Positions 21,455-33,870 of a DNA stretch of 64,000 nt are shown piece by piece. Under the pieces are notes generated by a model, which did not search any database, was not told the origin of the DNA, and saw only the letters and a list, made by a program, of their open reading frames with translations. The position numbers were made by a program, and so were the translations under genes. Each line of letters opens with the position of its first letter. Within the stretch, counting starts at the first letter, position 1. Source of the DNA: an uncultured Collinsella sp. (lineage in GTDB: Bacteria; Actinomycetota; Coriobacteriia; Coriobacteriales; Coriobacteriaceae); NCBI GenBank assembly GCA_900549745.1, contig URPJ01000010.1, positions 5,220-69,219 of the forward strand, in the 5' to 3' direction.

Positions 21455-22661
21455 AGTTGCCGTAACCTCCCCTCTCCTGGTCGCGGATAACGTGGCCGCC
21501 CTCAAGGGCGATCACGCGACGGTGCATGCTATCGACCATCTCGCGGTCGTGCGTGGCGACGATCACGGTGGTGCCGGTGCGGTTAATACGCTCGAGCAGC
21601 TTCATGATGCCCAGCGAGATCGCCGGGTCGAGGTTGCCCGTCGGCTCGTCGCAGATCAGCAGCGGCGGACGGTTGACCATAGCGCGGGCGACGGCAACGC
21701 GCTGCTGCTCGCCACCGGAAAGCTGGTCGGGCAGCGAGTCCATCTGATCGGCCAGGCCGACCAGACGCAGCACCTCGGGCACCTGGCTGCGAATGACGCC
21801 CTTGGGCTTGCCGATGCACTGCAGGGCAAACGCCACGTTTTCGTAGGCGGTCTTTTGCGGCAGAAGCTTAAAGTCCTGGAACACGGCGCCAATCTGGCGG
21901 CGCAGGAACGGAACCTTGCGGTTCTTGATCTTCATGAGGTCCTGACCGGCAACCAGGATGCGGCCGCTCGTCGGCTTGACGTCACGGTTGAGCGTCGACA
22001 GCAGCGTGGTCTTACCCGAGCCGGAGTGACCGACCAGGAAGACGAACTCGCCCGGATAGATCTCGATGTTGATGTCGTCGAGTGCAGGCTTGTTGGGCTG
22101 TGCCGGATAGATCTTGGTGACATGCTCCATAAGGATGACGGGCTCGACACCGGCCTGTTTGGCCATCTTCTTGCGGCTGGCCTGCGGATCGATGGGCGCA
22201 AACACCGACGTAAAATCGGGGTTGTTGAGCGCGTTATCGAGGCTTGCGACCTCGGCTGCCTGATCGCTCTCGACCACCGGGGCAGCAGGCTGCGTGGGGT
22301 CGGGAATAGCGGCAAAGAGACCGGACTGCGCAGGCTGAGGAGCCGGCGTCGCAGGGGCCAAGGGGTCGGGAATGCCGGCCATGGTAGGCTGCGGCGTGGC
22401 GGCACCAGCCTGAGACTGCTCCACGCGAGCGGTCACGGCCTGAACGGGCTCAAAACCCGCCGTGCCGGAAAGCGCGACATCGCTGGTTGGATTGTAGGCA
22501 AAGGGATCGGATGCCGGCTGTGCCTGATCTGCCGGCTGAGCGGGGGCCTGAGCAACAGGCTGGCCCTCTGAATCCGGAGTGGCGAAACGACTGCCCTGGA
22601 CGCCTGCCTGCGTCTTGGGGGCATCATCGCCCGCACCGGAGGTACGGAAGTGGTTACCCAC
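21441..22661 (-). CDS. ftsE: Cell division ATP-binding protein FtsE with long N-terminal extension
   Basis: GHSGSGKTT, VFQDFKLL, LSGGEQQRV, CDEPTGNLDP. GTG start after an AAGGAG RBS. Confidence 0.93.
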   Translation of the reverse strand: MGNHFRTSGAGDDAPKTQAGVQGSRFATPDSEGQPVAQAPAQPADQAQPASDPFAYNPTSDVALSGTAGFEPVQAVTARVEQSQAGAATPQPTMAGIPDPLAPATPAPQPAQSGLFAAIPDPTQPAAPVVESDQAAEVASLDNALNNPDFTSVFAPIDPQASRKKMAKQAGVEPVILMEHVTKIYPAQPNKPALDDINIEIYPGEFVFLVGHSGSGKTTLLSTLNRDVKPTSGRILVAGQDLMKIKNRKVPFLRRQIGAVFQDFKLLPQKTAYENVAFALQCIGKPKGVIRSQVPEVLRLVGLADQMDSLPDQLSGGEQQRVAVARAMVNRPPLLICDEPTGNLDPAISLGIMKLLERINRTGTTVIVATHDREMVDSMHRRVIALEGGHVIRDQERGGYGNYGTN

Positions 22662-22764
22662 TGGTGCTCCTTATCGTCGTGCGTTTAAACTACATGAGCG
22701 CTTAGTATTTTAGCAGCATTAGCTTTGCTGCACATAAGAAGCATGGCCGTGTTTGGGTCCCTCC

Positions 22765-22887
22765 GGCCGGACACAGGGTTACTTTCCAAATCGTCCTCGG
22801 ACATGTCGGAGCCTCCGCTGCGCACTACGTGCGGCGGGGGCTCCTCCGTCCTGCGGAAAGATTTGGAAAGTAACCCTGTGTCCGGCC
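22765..22887. repeat. 123-bp nested palindromic element with 28-bp perfect inverted repeats
   Basis: GGCCGGACACAGGGTTACTTTCCAAATC (22765-22792) and its exact reverse complement (22860-22887). An internal GGAGCC...GGCTCC stem is also present. Confidence 0.9.
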
Positions 22888-23108
22888 TGCGGCTACTAAG
22901 GGGCCGCCGCGTTTATCTTGGGGTACTGCATATACAAAGTTGGAAGGGTCCGAATTGCACTTTGCTGTACTGGGCTCTCTTCCCGGAGAATGCCTCGCTT
23001 GGTGCGGCTCTGATTTAGCTGAAATATAAAACAGGGCCGCCCTCTTTGAGGACGCCCCTGTCTGCATTTGAATGCGATTGGCTTGTTGCCGATTGAGCGA
23101 TGGCTGCT

Positions 23109-24050
23109 CTAGGCCAAGAACTCCTTGGTGGTCGCCACGATGTTGGCGGCGTCCAGGCCGTACTTGTGCAGGAGCTCGGCGCCCGGGCCGGACTCACCGA
23201 AGGTGTCGTTGACGCCGATCTTCTTGAGCGGCGTCGGGCACTGCTCGCACAGGACGTCGGCAACGGCGCTGCCCAGGCCACCGATTACAGAATGCTCCTC
23301 GACGGTCACGACGTGGCCGGTCTTGGTGGCGCTCTTGACGATCAGGTCGGCATCGATGGGCTTGATGGTGTGCATGTTGATGACCTCGGCGTCGATGCCC
23401 TCGGCAGCGAGCTGCTCGGCGGCCTCGAGAGCCTCGCCGACCATCAGGCCGCAGGCGATGATGGTCACATCGGCGCCCTCGCGCATGACAATGCCCTTAC
23501 CCAACTCGAACTTGTAGGTCTCGGGGTCGTTGATAACCGGCGAGGCCAGACGGGCGAAGCGCATGTACACGGGGCCGTCGCACTCGTAGGCGGCGCGCGT
23601 CACGGCGCGGGCCTCCACGTCGTCGGCGGGAACAATCACGGTCATGCCAGGGATGACGCGCATCAGGGCGATATCCTCGCAGCACTGGTGCGTGGCACCA
23701 TCCTCGCCCACCGAGATACCGGCGTGCGTGGCACCGATCTTAACGTTAAGGTGCGGGTAGCCGATGGAGTTACGGACCTGCTCAAAGGCGCGACCGGCAG
23801 CGAACATGGCAAAGGTGCTCGCGAAGGCAACACGACCGGTGGTCGCGATACCGGCGGCAACACCCATCAGGTTGCTCTCGGCGATACCCACGTCGAAGAA
23901 GCGGTCGGGGCATGCGGCCTTAAATTTGCCGGTCTGCGTGGCGGCGGCCAGGTCGGCGTCGAGGACCACAAAGTCATCGTGCTCGTTGGCGAGCTCGACG
24001 AGGGCCTCGCCGTAGCTTACACGCGTGGCGATTTTCTTGACGTCTGCCAT
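23109..24050 (-). CDS. Transketolase, C-terminal subunit
   Basis: DVGIAESN, GEDGATHQ, VYMRFAR, TVEEHSVIGGLGS. Start at ATG 24050. Confidence 0.93.
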   Translation of the reverse strand: MADVKKIATRVSYGEALVELANEHDDFVVLDADLAAATQTGKFKAACPDRFFDVGIAESNLMGVAAGIATTGRVAFASTFAMFAAGRAFEQVRNSIGYPHLNVKIGATHAGISVGEDGATHQCCEDIALMRVIPGMTVIVPADDVEARAVTRAAYECDGPVYMRFARLASPVINDPETYKFELGKGIVMREGADVTIIACGLMVGEALEAAEQLAAEGIDAEVINMHTIKPIDADLIVKSATKTGHVVTVEEHSVIGGLGSAVADVLCEQCPTPLKKIGVNDTFGESGPGAELLHKYGLDAANIVATTKEFLA

Positions 24051-24051
24051 C

Positions 24052-24882
24052 CTAGAGCTCCTCTCCGGCGGCCGTGAGCTCTGCCATGGCCTGCTCAAAC
24101 TGTTCATCGTTGGGGGCCTTGCCGTGCCAACCAACCTGGTTCTCCATAAAGGAAACGCCCTTGCCCTTCATGGTCTCGGCGATGATGGCGGTCGGCTGAC
24201 CCTTGGTGGCGCGGGCCTCGGCAAAGGCGGCGCGGATCTGGTCGAAATCGTTGCCGTCGGCAAGCTCCACCACGTGGAACTTGAACGCGCGGAACTTGTC
24301 GGCGAGCGGCATGGGGTCGTTGACCTCCTCGACGGGGCCGTCGATCTGCAGACCGTTGTGGTCGACGATCACGCAGAGGTTATCGAGCTGCTGATTGCCG
24401 GCAAACATGGCGGCCTCCCAGACCTGGCCCTCCTCGCTCTCGCCATCGCCCAGCAGGGCGTACGTGCGGTAAGTATCGCCCCAGTGCTTGGCGGCAACCG
24501 CCATGCCCACGGCGGCGGAGATGCCCTGGCCGAGCGAACCGGTAGACATGTCAACGCCCGGGGTGTCGTTCATGTTGGGGTGACCCTGCAGGTGACTGCC
24601 GATGTGGCGCAGCGTCTCGAGATCCTCCTTGGGGAAGAATCCGCGCTCGGCGAGCACGGCGTACAGGCCCGGAGCGCAATGGCCCTTGGAGAGCACAAAA
24701 CGGTCGCGATCGGCCTTGCGGGGATCGGCCGGGTCGACGTTCATTTCCTCAAAGTACAGATAGGTCATGATGTCGGCAGCGCCGAGCGAACCGCCCGGAT
24801 GGCCGGACTTGGCAGCGTGCACGCCGGTGACGATGCCCTTCCTTACCTCGTTGGCAACCTTTTTGAGCTCTTCGTCGCTCAT
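24052..24882 (-). CDS. Transketolase, N-terminal subunit
   Basis: SGHPGGSL, DRFVLSKGH, GSLGQG, GDGE TPP-binding motif. Confidence 0.95.
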   Translation of the reverse strand: MSDEELKKVANEVRKGIVTGVHAAKSGHPGGSLGAADIMTYLYFEEMNVDPADPRKADRDRFVLSKGHCAPGLYAVLAERGFFPKEDLETLRHIGSHLQGHPNMNDTPGVDMSTGSLGQGISAAVGMAVAAKHWGDTYRTYALLGDGESEEGQVWEAAMFAGNQQLDNLCVIVDHNGLQIDGPVEEVNDPMPLADKFRAFKFHVVELADGNDFDQIRAAFAEARATKGQPTAIIAETMKGKGVSFMENQVGWHGKAPNDEQFEQAMAELTAAGEEL

Positions 24883-25089
24883 TGTGCCTTCCTTTCATCC
24901 TCATTAGACAAAATGCGCACGGCACCGAAGGTAATCCCAACACAGCCGCAATGCACGTACGTCATTCATTATGCTGGAAACTGATGGCTTTACCAGAGTT
25001 TTTATCATTATTTGAACAATTTAGCAGGCAGAACCGCTGATGAAACGGTTTATCAATGTGAACGTCTTTTGGATGGAACGCGGTCGCCC

Positions 25090-25980
25090 CTACGCGTTAA
25101 TGTCCTTAAAGCCCTCGCCGAAGGCTTCCGTAACGTCGGCAACCGTCACGATGGCATGAGGATCGCGCTCGCGCACAATCGTCTTGAGGGTATTGAGCTC
25201 TCGACGGCTCACGATGACCATAATCACCGGCTTCTCGGCACCCGAATACATGCCAGTCGCCTTAAACTTGGTACAACCACGACCCAGGCCATACATGATA
25301 TCGGCAGCGATATCAGGGAACTTGTCCGAGATGATGAGTACCATACGGCGCTTGTTGCCACCATCGACCACGGCATCGATCACGTAGCCGCTAATGACCA
25401 TCGAAAGGCCTGCATATAGTGCGTTTTCGATTGAAAAGACCGGAGCCGATAGCGCGCATACGGCAACATCGATCGCCATGACGGTCGAGCCCACCGGCAG
25501 CGAGGTGTTACGCGAGATGATTTGGCCAATCGTGTCCGAGCCGCCGGTGTTGGCGCCGGCGCGCAACACCATGCCGTAACCGATGCCCGTAATAATGCCG
25601 CCCCACATGGCAGGGAGCATCAGGTCCGCATCCGCCAGAGGTGCTACAAACGGGGCGAACAGATCGGTAAAGAAGCCCAGCAGCACAAAGCCCGTCGCGG
25701 TCTGCACCACGTAGAACATGCCGCCCTCGCGCATAACGACCAACAACAGCAAGGCGTTCATCACGATCGTCTGAATACCGACGGGAAGCGATAGGCCGCG
25801 CGATGCACCGACCGCCTGGATAATGGTGGCAAGGCCCGTAACGCCACCGGCAGCAAGGCCGTTGGGAATCAAAAACAGGTCGGTCGCAATAGCGGCCAGA
25901 GCGCACCCCAACATAATCTGGGGCAGGTCGTGAAAAAAGTTCATCGAAAGAATGCGCTTGATGTCCAGACGATATGCCAT
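25090..25980 (-). CDS. YitT family membrane protein
   Basis: GLAAGGVTG, NTGGSD, RGCT...GMYSG, DPHAIV. Confidence 0.9.
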   Translation of the reverse strand: MAYRLDIKRILSMNFFHDLPQIMLGCALAAIATDLFLIPNGLAAGGVTGLATIIQAVGASRGLSLPVGIQTIVMNALLLLVVMREGGMFYVVQTATGFVLLGFFTDLFAPFVAPLADADLMLPAMWGGIITGIGYGMVLRAGANTGGSDTIGQIISRNTSLPVGSTVMAIDVAVCALSAPVFSIENALYAGLSMVISGYVIDAVVDGGNKRRMVLIISDKFPDIAADIMYGLGRGCTKFKATGMYSGAEKPVIMVIVSRRELNTLKTIVRERDPHAIVTVADVTEAFGEGFKDINA

Positions 25981-26147
25981 GCTGCCTCCCTCAAAAAAGC
26001 GCACCCCATCGGATGCGCTTTGAACTTCTTCTTGTATTCGATTCTACCGATTCGCCGGACAAAAACCACCCCTGCGCAGGGTTTGCTCTGGATACAAAAC
26101 CACACTGCTCGGAGGGTTTTAATCCATTTCCACATAAACCGGGCGGT

Positions 26148-27295
26148 TTAAGCAGACGGGGTCTCCGCGTCAGCGTTGCCGGTGGCCCAGCGATGGTAGC
26201 CAATAACAAACGGGTCCAGGTCGCCATCGTCAAGAACGGCCTCGACATTGCTGGTCTCCACGCCCGTGCGTAGGTCCTTGACCATCTGGTACGGGTAGAG
26301 CACGTAGCTGCGAATCTGGTTGCCAAAACCAATCGTGGTCTTGGGTCCGCGAATCTCATCCAGGGCCTCGGCGCGCTTCTCGAGCTCAATCTCGTACAGA
26401 CGAGCCTTGAGGATCTGCATGCACGCGGCCTTGTTCTGGATCTGGCTGCGCTCGTTTTGGCAGGTGACCACAATGCCGCTGGGGAAATGCGTCACGCGCA
26501 CGGCGGAGTCGGTGGTGTTGACGCCCTGACCGCCCGGGCCGCTCGCGTGGTACACGTCCACGCGGATGTCATCGGGACTGATTTCGATGTCGATATCATC
26601 GGGTAGCACGGGAATGACCTCGACACCGGCAAACGTGGTCTGGCGGCGCTTCTTGTCGTCGGTGGGGCTAATGCGAACCAAGCGGTGGACGCCGGCCTCG
26701 GCGCGCAGCATGCCAAATGCGTCCTTGCCCTCGACGGTAAAGGTCGCGCGGTCGATGCCGATGACCTCGGCCGCGGGACAGTCGTTGATGGTGACCTTCC
26801 AGCCGCGACGCTGGCAGTACTTCATGTACATCTTAAAGAGCATGAAGGTCCAGTCCTGGGCCTCCAGACCACCCTGTCCGGGCTTGATGGTCACAATGGC
26901 ATCGCCGTGATCGAACTCACCGGTAAACCAGCTCGAAAGCTCAAGCTCATCGATGGCACGGGCCAGGCGCTCAGCCGTGGCTGTAGCCTCCTCGCGAAGG
27001 GCGACGGCGTCGGGGTCATCCCCCATCTCCTCGGCAAGCTCCAGCGCGGCGCGGGCATCGGAAAGCTCGCCGCGCGCGGTGTCCACGGCAGCGATATCTT
27101 CCTTGGTACGCGCGATCTCCTCCATGGTGGCACGGGCGGCGTCGGCGTCATCCCAAAAGCCAGGGGCAACACTTTTGGCCTCGAGCTCGGTCACACGGGT
27201 ACGCTTCTCGTCCAGGTGGAGATACGACTCGACCTCGCCGAGCCGGTCCGCGAACGCGTCCAGCTCGGCGGGCGTTATCTCTAAAGCCTCAGCCA

Positions 27296-27296
<1 letters not shown>
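26148..27296 (-). CDS. prfB: Peptide chain release factor 2 (continuous ORF)
   Basis: GGLEAQDW, EAGVHRLVRISP, GPGGQGVNTTDSAVR, QIRSYVL. Coupled to secA. Confidence 0.96.
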
Positions 27297-30103
<2,807 letters not shown>

Positions 30104-30232
30104 GTGGTTTTCCTTTTTGGCCATCGCCCACGCCGTGCAGCTGCGGGCGAGTTAAACACAGATGATTGTACTTTAGCCAAACAAGGCGCGGCCTATACGG
30201 TCGACCTCGACCGCCACGTAATAACTATGACC

Positions 30233-30332
30233 AACCTGCCGCAATGGAACAGGTTTATTTTGGCAGGTTTTATCTGAGCAAACGCCGTCTCTCTGCCATT
30301 TGGTGCCACGGGGACAGGTTAGCTTGCACCAA
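30233..30332. repeat. Two short hairpins with GG(G/A)ACAGG loops
   Basis: 30233-30271 matches 18107-18144. 30300-30332 is TTGGTGC-cacGGGGACAGGttagctt-GCACCAA. Confidence 0.7.
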
Positions 30333-30338
30333 TAAAAG

Positions 30339-30373
30339 AAAAGGGCCGCGCACCCAAATGGATGCACGGCCCT
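30339..30373 (-). terminator. Intrinsic terminator after rpmE
   Basis: AAAAGGGCCG...CGGCCCT hairpin. Confidence 0.65.
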
Positions 30374-30409
30374 CATGCCATGAATGCGAGTGATTCCGCG
30401 GCGAGCTAT

Positions 30410-30835
30410 TTACTCAGCAGCCTCGGTGGTCTCGGCCTCGGCAGCGGCCTCCTCGACGGGAGCCTCTGCGGGAGCCTCGGCGGCCTGCTTGGCAGCCTCC
30501 TCGGCGAACTTAGCGGCACGCTTAGCCTTCTCGGCAGCCTTAGCCTCAGCGGCGGCCTTGCGAGCGGCCTCGGCCTCAGCAGCCTTGGCGGCCTTGGCGG
30601 CCTTGGCCTCCTCAGCCTTCTTGAGCTGGGCGGCAGCGGCGCCACCGAACTTGTCGGCGAAGCGCTGGACGCGTCCACCGGTGTCGACGAACTTCTGCTG
30701 GCCGGTGTAGAACGGGTGGCACTCGTTGCAAAGCTCGACCTTCATCTCGGACACGGTAGCGTGCGTCTTGAAGGTGTTGCCGCAGGAGCACGTCACCGTG
30801 CACTCGACATACTGGGGATGGATACCCTGCTTCAT
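30410..30835 (-). CDS. rpmE: 50S ribosomal protein L31 (Zn-ribbon type) with Ala/Lys/Glu-rich tail
   Basis: [32 protein letters not shown]. Confidence 0.95.
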   Translation of the reverse strand: MKQGIHPQYVECTVTCSCGNTFKTHATVSEMKVELCNECHPFYTGQQKFVDTGGRVQRFADKFGGAAAAQLKKAEEAKAAKAAKAAEAEAARKAAAEAKAAEKAKRAAKFAEEAAKQAAEAPAEAPVEEAAAEAETTEAAE

Positions 30836-31140
30836 GGTAGGACTCCTTATTGGTCAGGCGCTGGTTACCGATCAGCGCATAAGGCGTCTTGGTTTCCGAC
30901 CAAGACAACAAACTCGGCTATGGTACCACGGCGCCGCGCGTCCCACAAAAGGTTCACGGTCTTTGTGCAACACGGCGTGGCCAACCGCAGCGGACACGCG
31001 CCCTGTTGCCCCTTCTCCCATGTTGCAGACGTGTAACGCCGCAGTAAGCACACCCCTTTTGGCGCCAGACAGGTACAATGATGAACACTGTACCGTAGCG
31101 GAGCGCACCCGCGCGCCGCAACCACGCGAAAGGGTTTCCC

Positions 31141-31428
31141 ATGGCCGAGATCTCGTCCTCCCGCATCGTCATCACCGTCCTTGGCAAGAACCGCCCCGGT
31201 ATCGTCGCCGGCGTCACCCGTGTCCTGGGCGAGGCCAACGTCGACATCCGCGACATCACGCAGTCCATTATCGAGGACATCTTCACCATGACCATGCTGG
31301 CCGATACCGCCGAGTCCAAGCTCGACTTCGCCGAGCTGCAGAAGGCCCTGGCCGAGGCCGGCGAGCTTTCGGGCGTTAACGTGTCCATCCAGCGCGAGGA
31401 CGTCTTTAACTTTATGTACCGCCTGTAG
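31141..31428 (+). CDS. ACT domain protein
   Basis: VITVLGKNRPGIVAGV, DITQSI, QREDVFNFMYRL. Confidence 0.9.
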   Translation: MAEISSSRIVITVLGKNRPGIVAGVTRVLGEANVDIRDITQSIIEDIFTMTMLADTAESKLDFAELQKALAEAGELSGVNVSIQREDVFNFMYRL

Positions 31429-31505
31429 CGAGCAAGCCGCTGGGGATAGCCTGACGCGCGCATGCCCATGCAAGCCACCCCGATGCGGCCCGGAGAGGAG
31501 CGCGC

Positions 31506-32924
31506 ATGGCCTACGACGCCAAGAAAATCTATTACCGCTTCGATGACCACTTGAGCCGACTGGTTCTGGATTACGAAGCAAGCCGCCAGATTTCGTCTGA
31601 GAGCGAAAGCCTCTACCACGGCCTGCCGACCGACCCTTATGACGAGGACCTGTTTGTCGAGCACAATGTCAAGCGCGGCCTGCGCAATGCCGACGGCTCG
31701 GGCGTGGTCGCGGGCCTCACTCGTATCTCGGATGTGCACGGCTACAACAAGGTCGACGGAAAGGTCGTGCCCGATCAGGGCAAGCTCACGCTTCGCGGCT
31801 ACAGCATCGAGGATCTGGTCAACAATGCCCAGGCCGAGAATCGCTACGGCTACGAGGAAGTCGCCTATCTGCTTATCACGGGTTCGCTGCCCAACAAGGA
31901 AGAGCTCGACGGCTTTTGCGAGCGCCTGGGTGCCTTTAGACATCTGAGCGACGAGTACGTCAAAGAGTTCCCCATGACCACGGTGTCGTCGAGCATCATG
32001 AACGTGCTCCAGCGCGCCGTGCTGCTGCTCTACGCCTTCGATGCCGAACCAGACGTGATCACGCCCGAGCACGAAATCGACGTCGCCATTTCCATGCTCG
32101 CACGTCTCCCGCGCATTGCCGCCTTCGCACACATGGCCTCGGTCGCCAAGCTTCGCGGCTCCGAGGTTCACGTGCCGCACCCTACGCCCGGTCTCTCCAC
32201 CGCCGAGACCATCCTACAGATCCTGCGCGGCGGCATGGCGTTCACCCGCGATGAGGCGATGCTGCTCGACGTTATGCTCATGCTGCATGCCGAGCACGGC
32301 GGCGGCAACAACTCTACCTTCGCTTGCCGCGTGCTGTCGTCTTCGGCCACCGATCCGTATTCCGCCTACGCCGCGGCTATCGGCTCGCTCAAGGGCCCGC
32401 GCCACGGCGGTGCCAATGCCAAGGTCGTGTCTATGCACGAGGACATCCGCGCGCATGTCTCCAACTGGGAGGACGAGGACGAGGTCGCGGCCTACCTGGG
32501 CAAGATCCTCGACAAGCAGGCCTTCGACGGCACGGGCCTCATCTACGGCATGGGCCACGCCGTCTATACGCTCAGCGACCCGCGCGCCGAGGTCTGCCGC
32601 CGTTACGCGCGCTCGCTGGCAGCCAAGAAGGACTTGGGTGAAGAGTTCGCACTCATCGAGCGCATCGAGCGCCTGGCCCCGCAAGTGATGCGCGATCACG
32701 GCATGACCAAGCCCATCTGCGCCAACATCGACCTGTACACGGGCTTTATCTATAAGATGCTCGGCGTGCCCGAGACGCTCTTTACGCCGCTGTTCGCCGT
32801 CGCCCGCATGGCCGGCTGGTCTGCGCACCGCATGGAAGAGCTCTTCTGCGCGCACCGCATCATCCGTCCCGCGTATCGCCCGGTTATCGAGCCGCTGGAG
32901 TACAAGCCGCTCGCCGATCGTTAG
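31506..32924 (+). CDS. Citrate/2-methylcitrate synthase
   Basis: LHAEHGGGNNSTF, GPRHGGAN, GMGHAVY, ANIDLY, FAVARMAGW. Confidence 0.93.
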   Translation: MAYDAKKIYYRFDDHLSRLVLDYEASRQISSESESLYHGLPTDPYDEDLFVEHNVKRGLRNADGSGVVAGLTRISDVHGYNKVDGKVVPDQGKLTLRGYSIEDLVNNAQAENRYGYEEVAYLLITGSLPNKEELDGFCERLGAFRHLSDEYVKEFPMTTVSSSIMNVLQRAVLLLYAFDAEPDVITPEHEIDVAISMLARLPRIAAFAHMASVAKLRGSEVHVPHPTPGLSTAETILQILRGGMAFTRDEAMLLDVMLMLHAEHGGGNNSTFACRVLSSSATDPYSAYAAAIGSLKGPRHGGANAKVVSMHEDIRAHVSNWEDEDEVAAYLGKILDKQAFDGTGLIYGMGHAVYTLSDPRAEVCRRYARSLAAKKDLGEEFALIERIERLAPQVMRDHGMTKPICANIDLYTGFIYKMLGVPETLFTPLFAVARMAGWSAHRMEELFCAHRIIRPAYRPVIEPLEYKPLADR

Positions 32925-33011
32925 GACGCAGACCGTTATAGAACCCGAGCGTGGCCAGGGCATCACCGCCCTCGGCCACGCTTTTTATGCCAGTAGAAAG
33001 GATTGCAGCGA

Positions 33012-33854
33012 ATGATTGTGTTTTCCGATATGGATGGAACGCTGCTGACGAGTGATAAGCAGATGAGCGACGCCACCTGGGCAATGCTCGACGAACTCGC
33101 TCGACGTGGGATTGAGTTTGTACCCTGCACGGGGCGTCCTCTGTCGGGCATCTTTGAGCCCATCCTCGCCCACCCCGCCGTACACTACGCGGTCTGCGCC
33201 AACGGTGCCAGCGTCTGGCAGCTCGACGACGTTGTGCCCACCGATGTCTCGCGTGCCACGCGCATTTTGAGCCGACCGCTCGACCGCGCCATCGCCCACC
33301 GCGTCCATAGCATTGCAGCCGGCCACGATGTGACCTTCGATATCTTTGCGGACGGGCAGTGCTTCCTCCCCCGCTCGCTCTACACGCGCCTGGACGAATT
33401 CTGCGGCGGCGACCCCCACATCGCGGCTTCGCTTAAGCGCACACGAACACCGATCGACATGGATATCGACAGCAAGATCGACGAGGTCGAGACGCTCGAA
33501 CGCATCGCCATGTACTGGCACAACCCGGCCGATCGCGACGCCATCGCGGCGGCGCTCGACACGCTCGGAGGCATTGAGGTCACGCGTTCTTACACCATGA
33601 ATATCGAGGTCATGGGTAAGGGCGCCACCAAGGGAACGGCCCTCACGTGGCTATGTGAGCATCTGGGCGAGCGTCTCGCCGACGCCTGGGCGTTCGGCGA
33701 CAACATCAACGACATCCCCATGCTGCAGGCAGCGGGCCACGGCATGGCAATGATCAACGCCGAGCTCGAAGACCGCGAGGCCGCCGACGCTATCACCGAA
33801 TACGACAACGACCACGACGGCGTCGCCCGCACCATCATGGCCGCCCTCGCTTAG
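33012..33854 (+). CDS. Cof-type HAD-IIB hydrolase
   Basis: DMDGTLL, CTGR, NGA, KG, FGDNINDIPML. ATG 33012 follows AAAGGA. Confidence 0.92.
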   Translation: MIVFSDMDGTLLTSDKQMSDATWAMLDELARRGIEFVPCTGRPLSGIFEPILAHPAVHYAVCANGASVWQLDDVVPTDVSRATRILSRPLDRAIAHRVHSIAAGHDVTFDIFADGQCFLPRSLYTRLDEFCGGDPHIAASLKRTRTPIDMDIDSKIDEVETLERIAMYWHNPADRDAIAAALDTLGGIEVTRSYTMNIEVMGKGATKGTALTWLCEHLGERLADAWAFGDNINDIPMLQAAGHGMAMINAELEDREAADAITEYDNDHDGVARTIMAALA

Positions 33855-33870
33855 TCATTGGTCAGTCACT

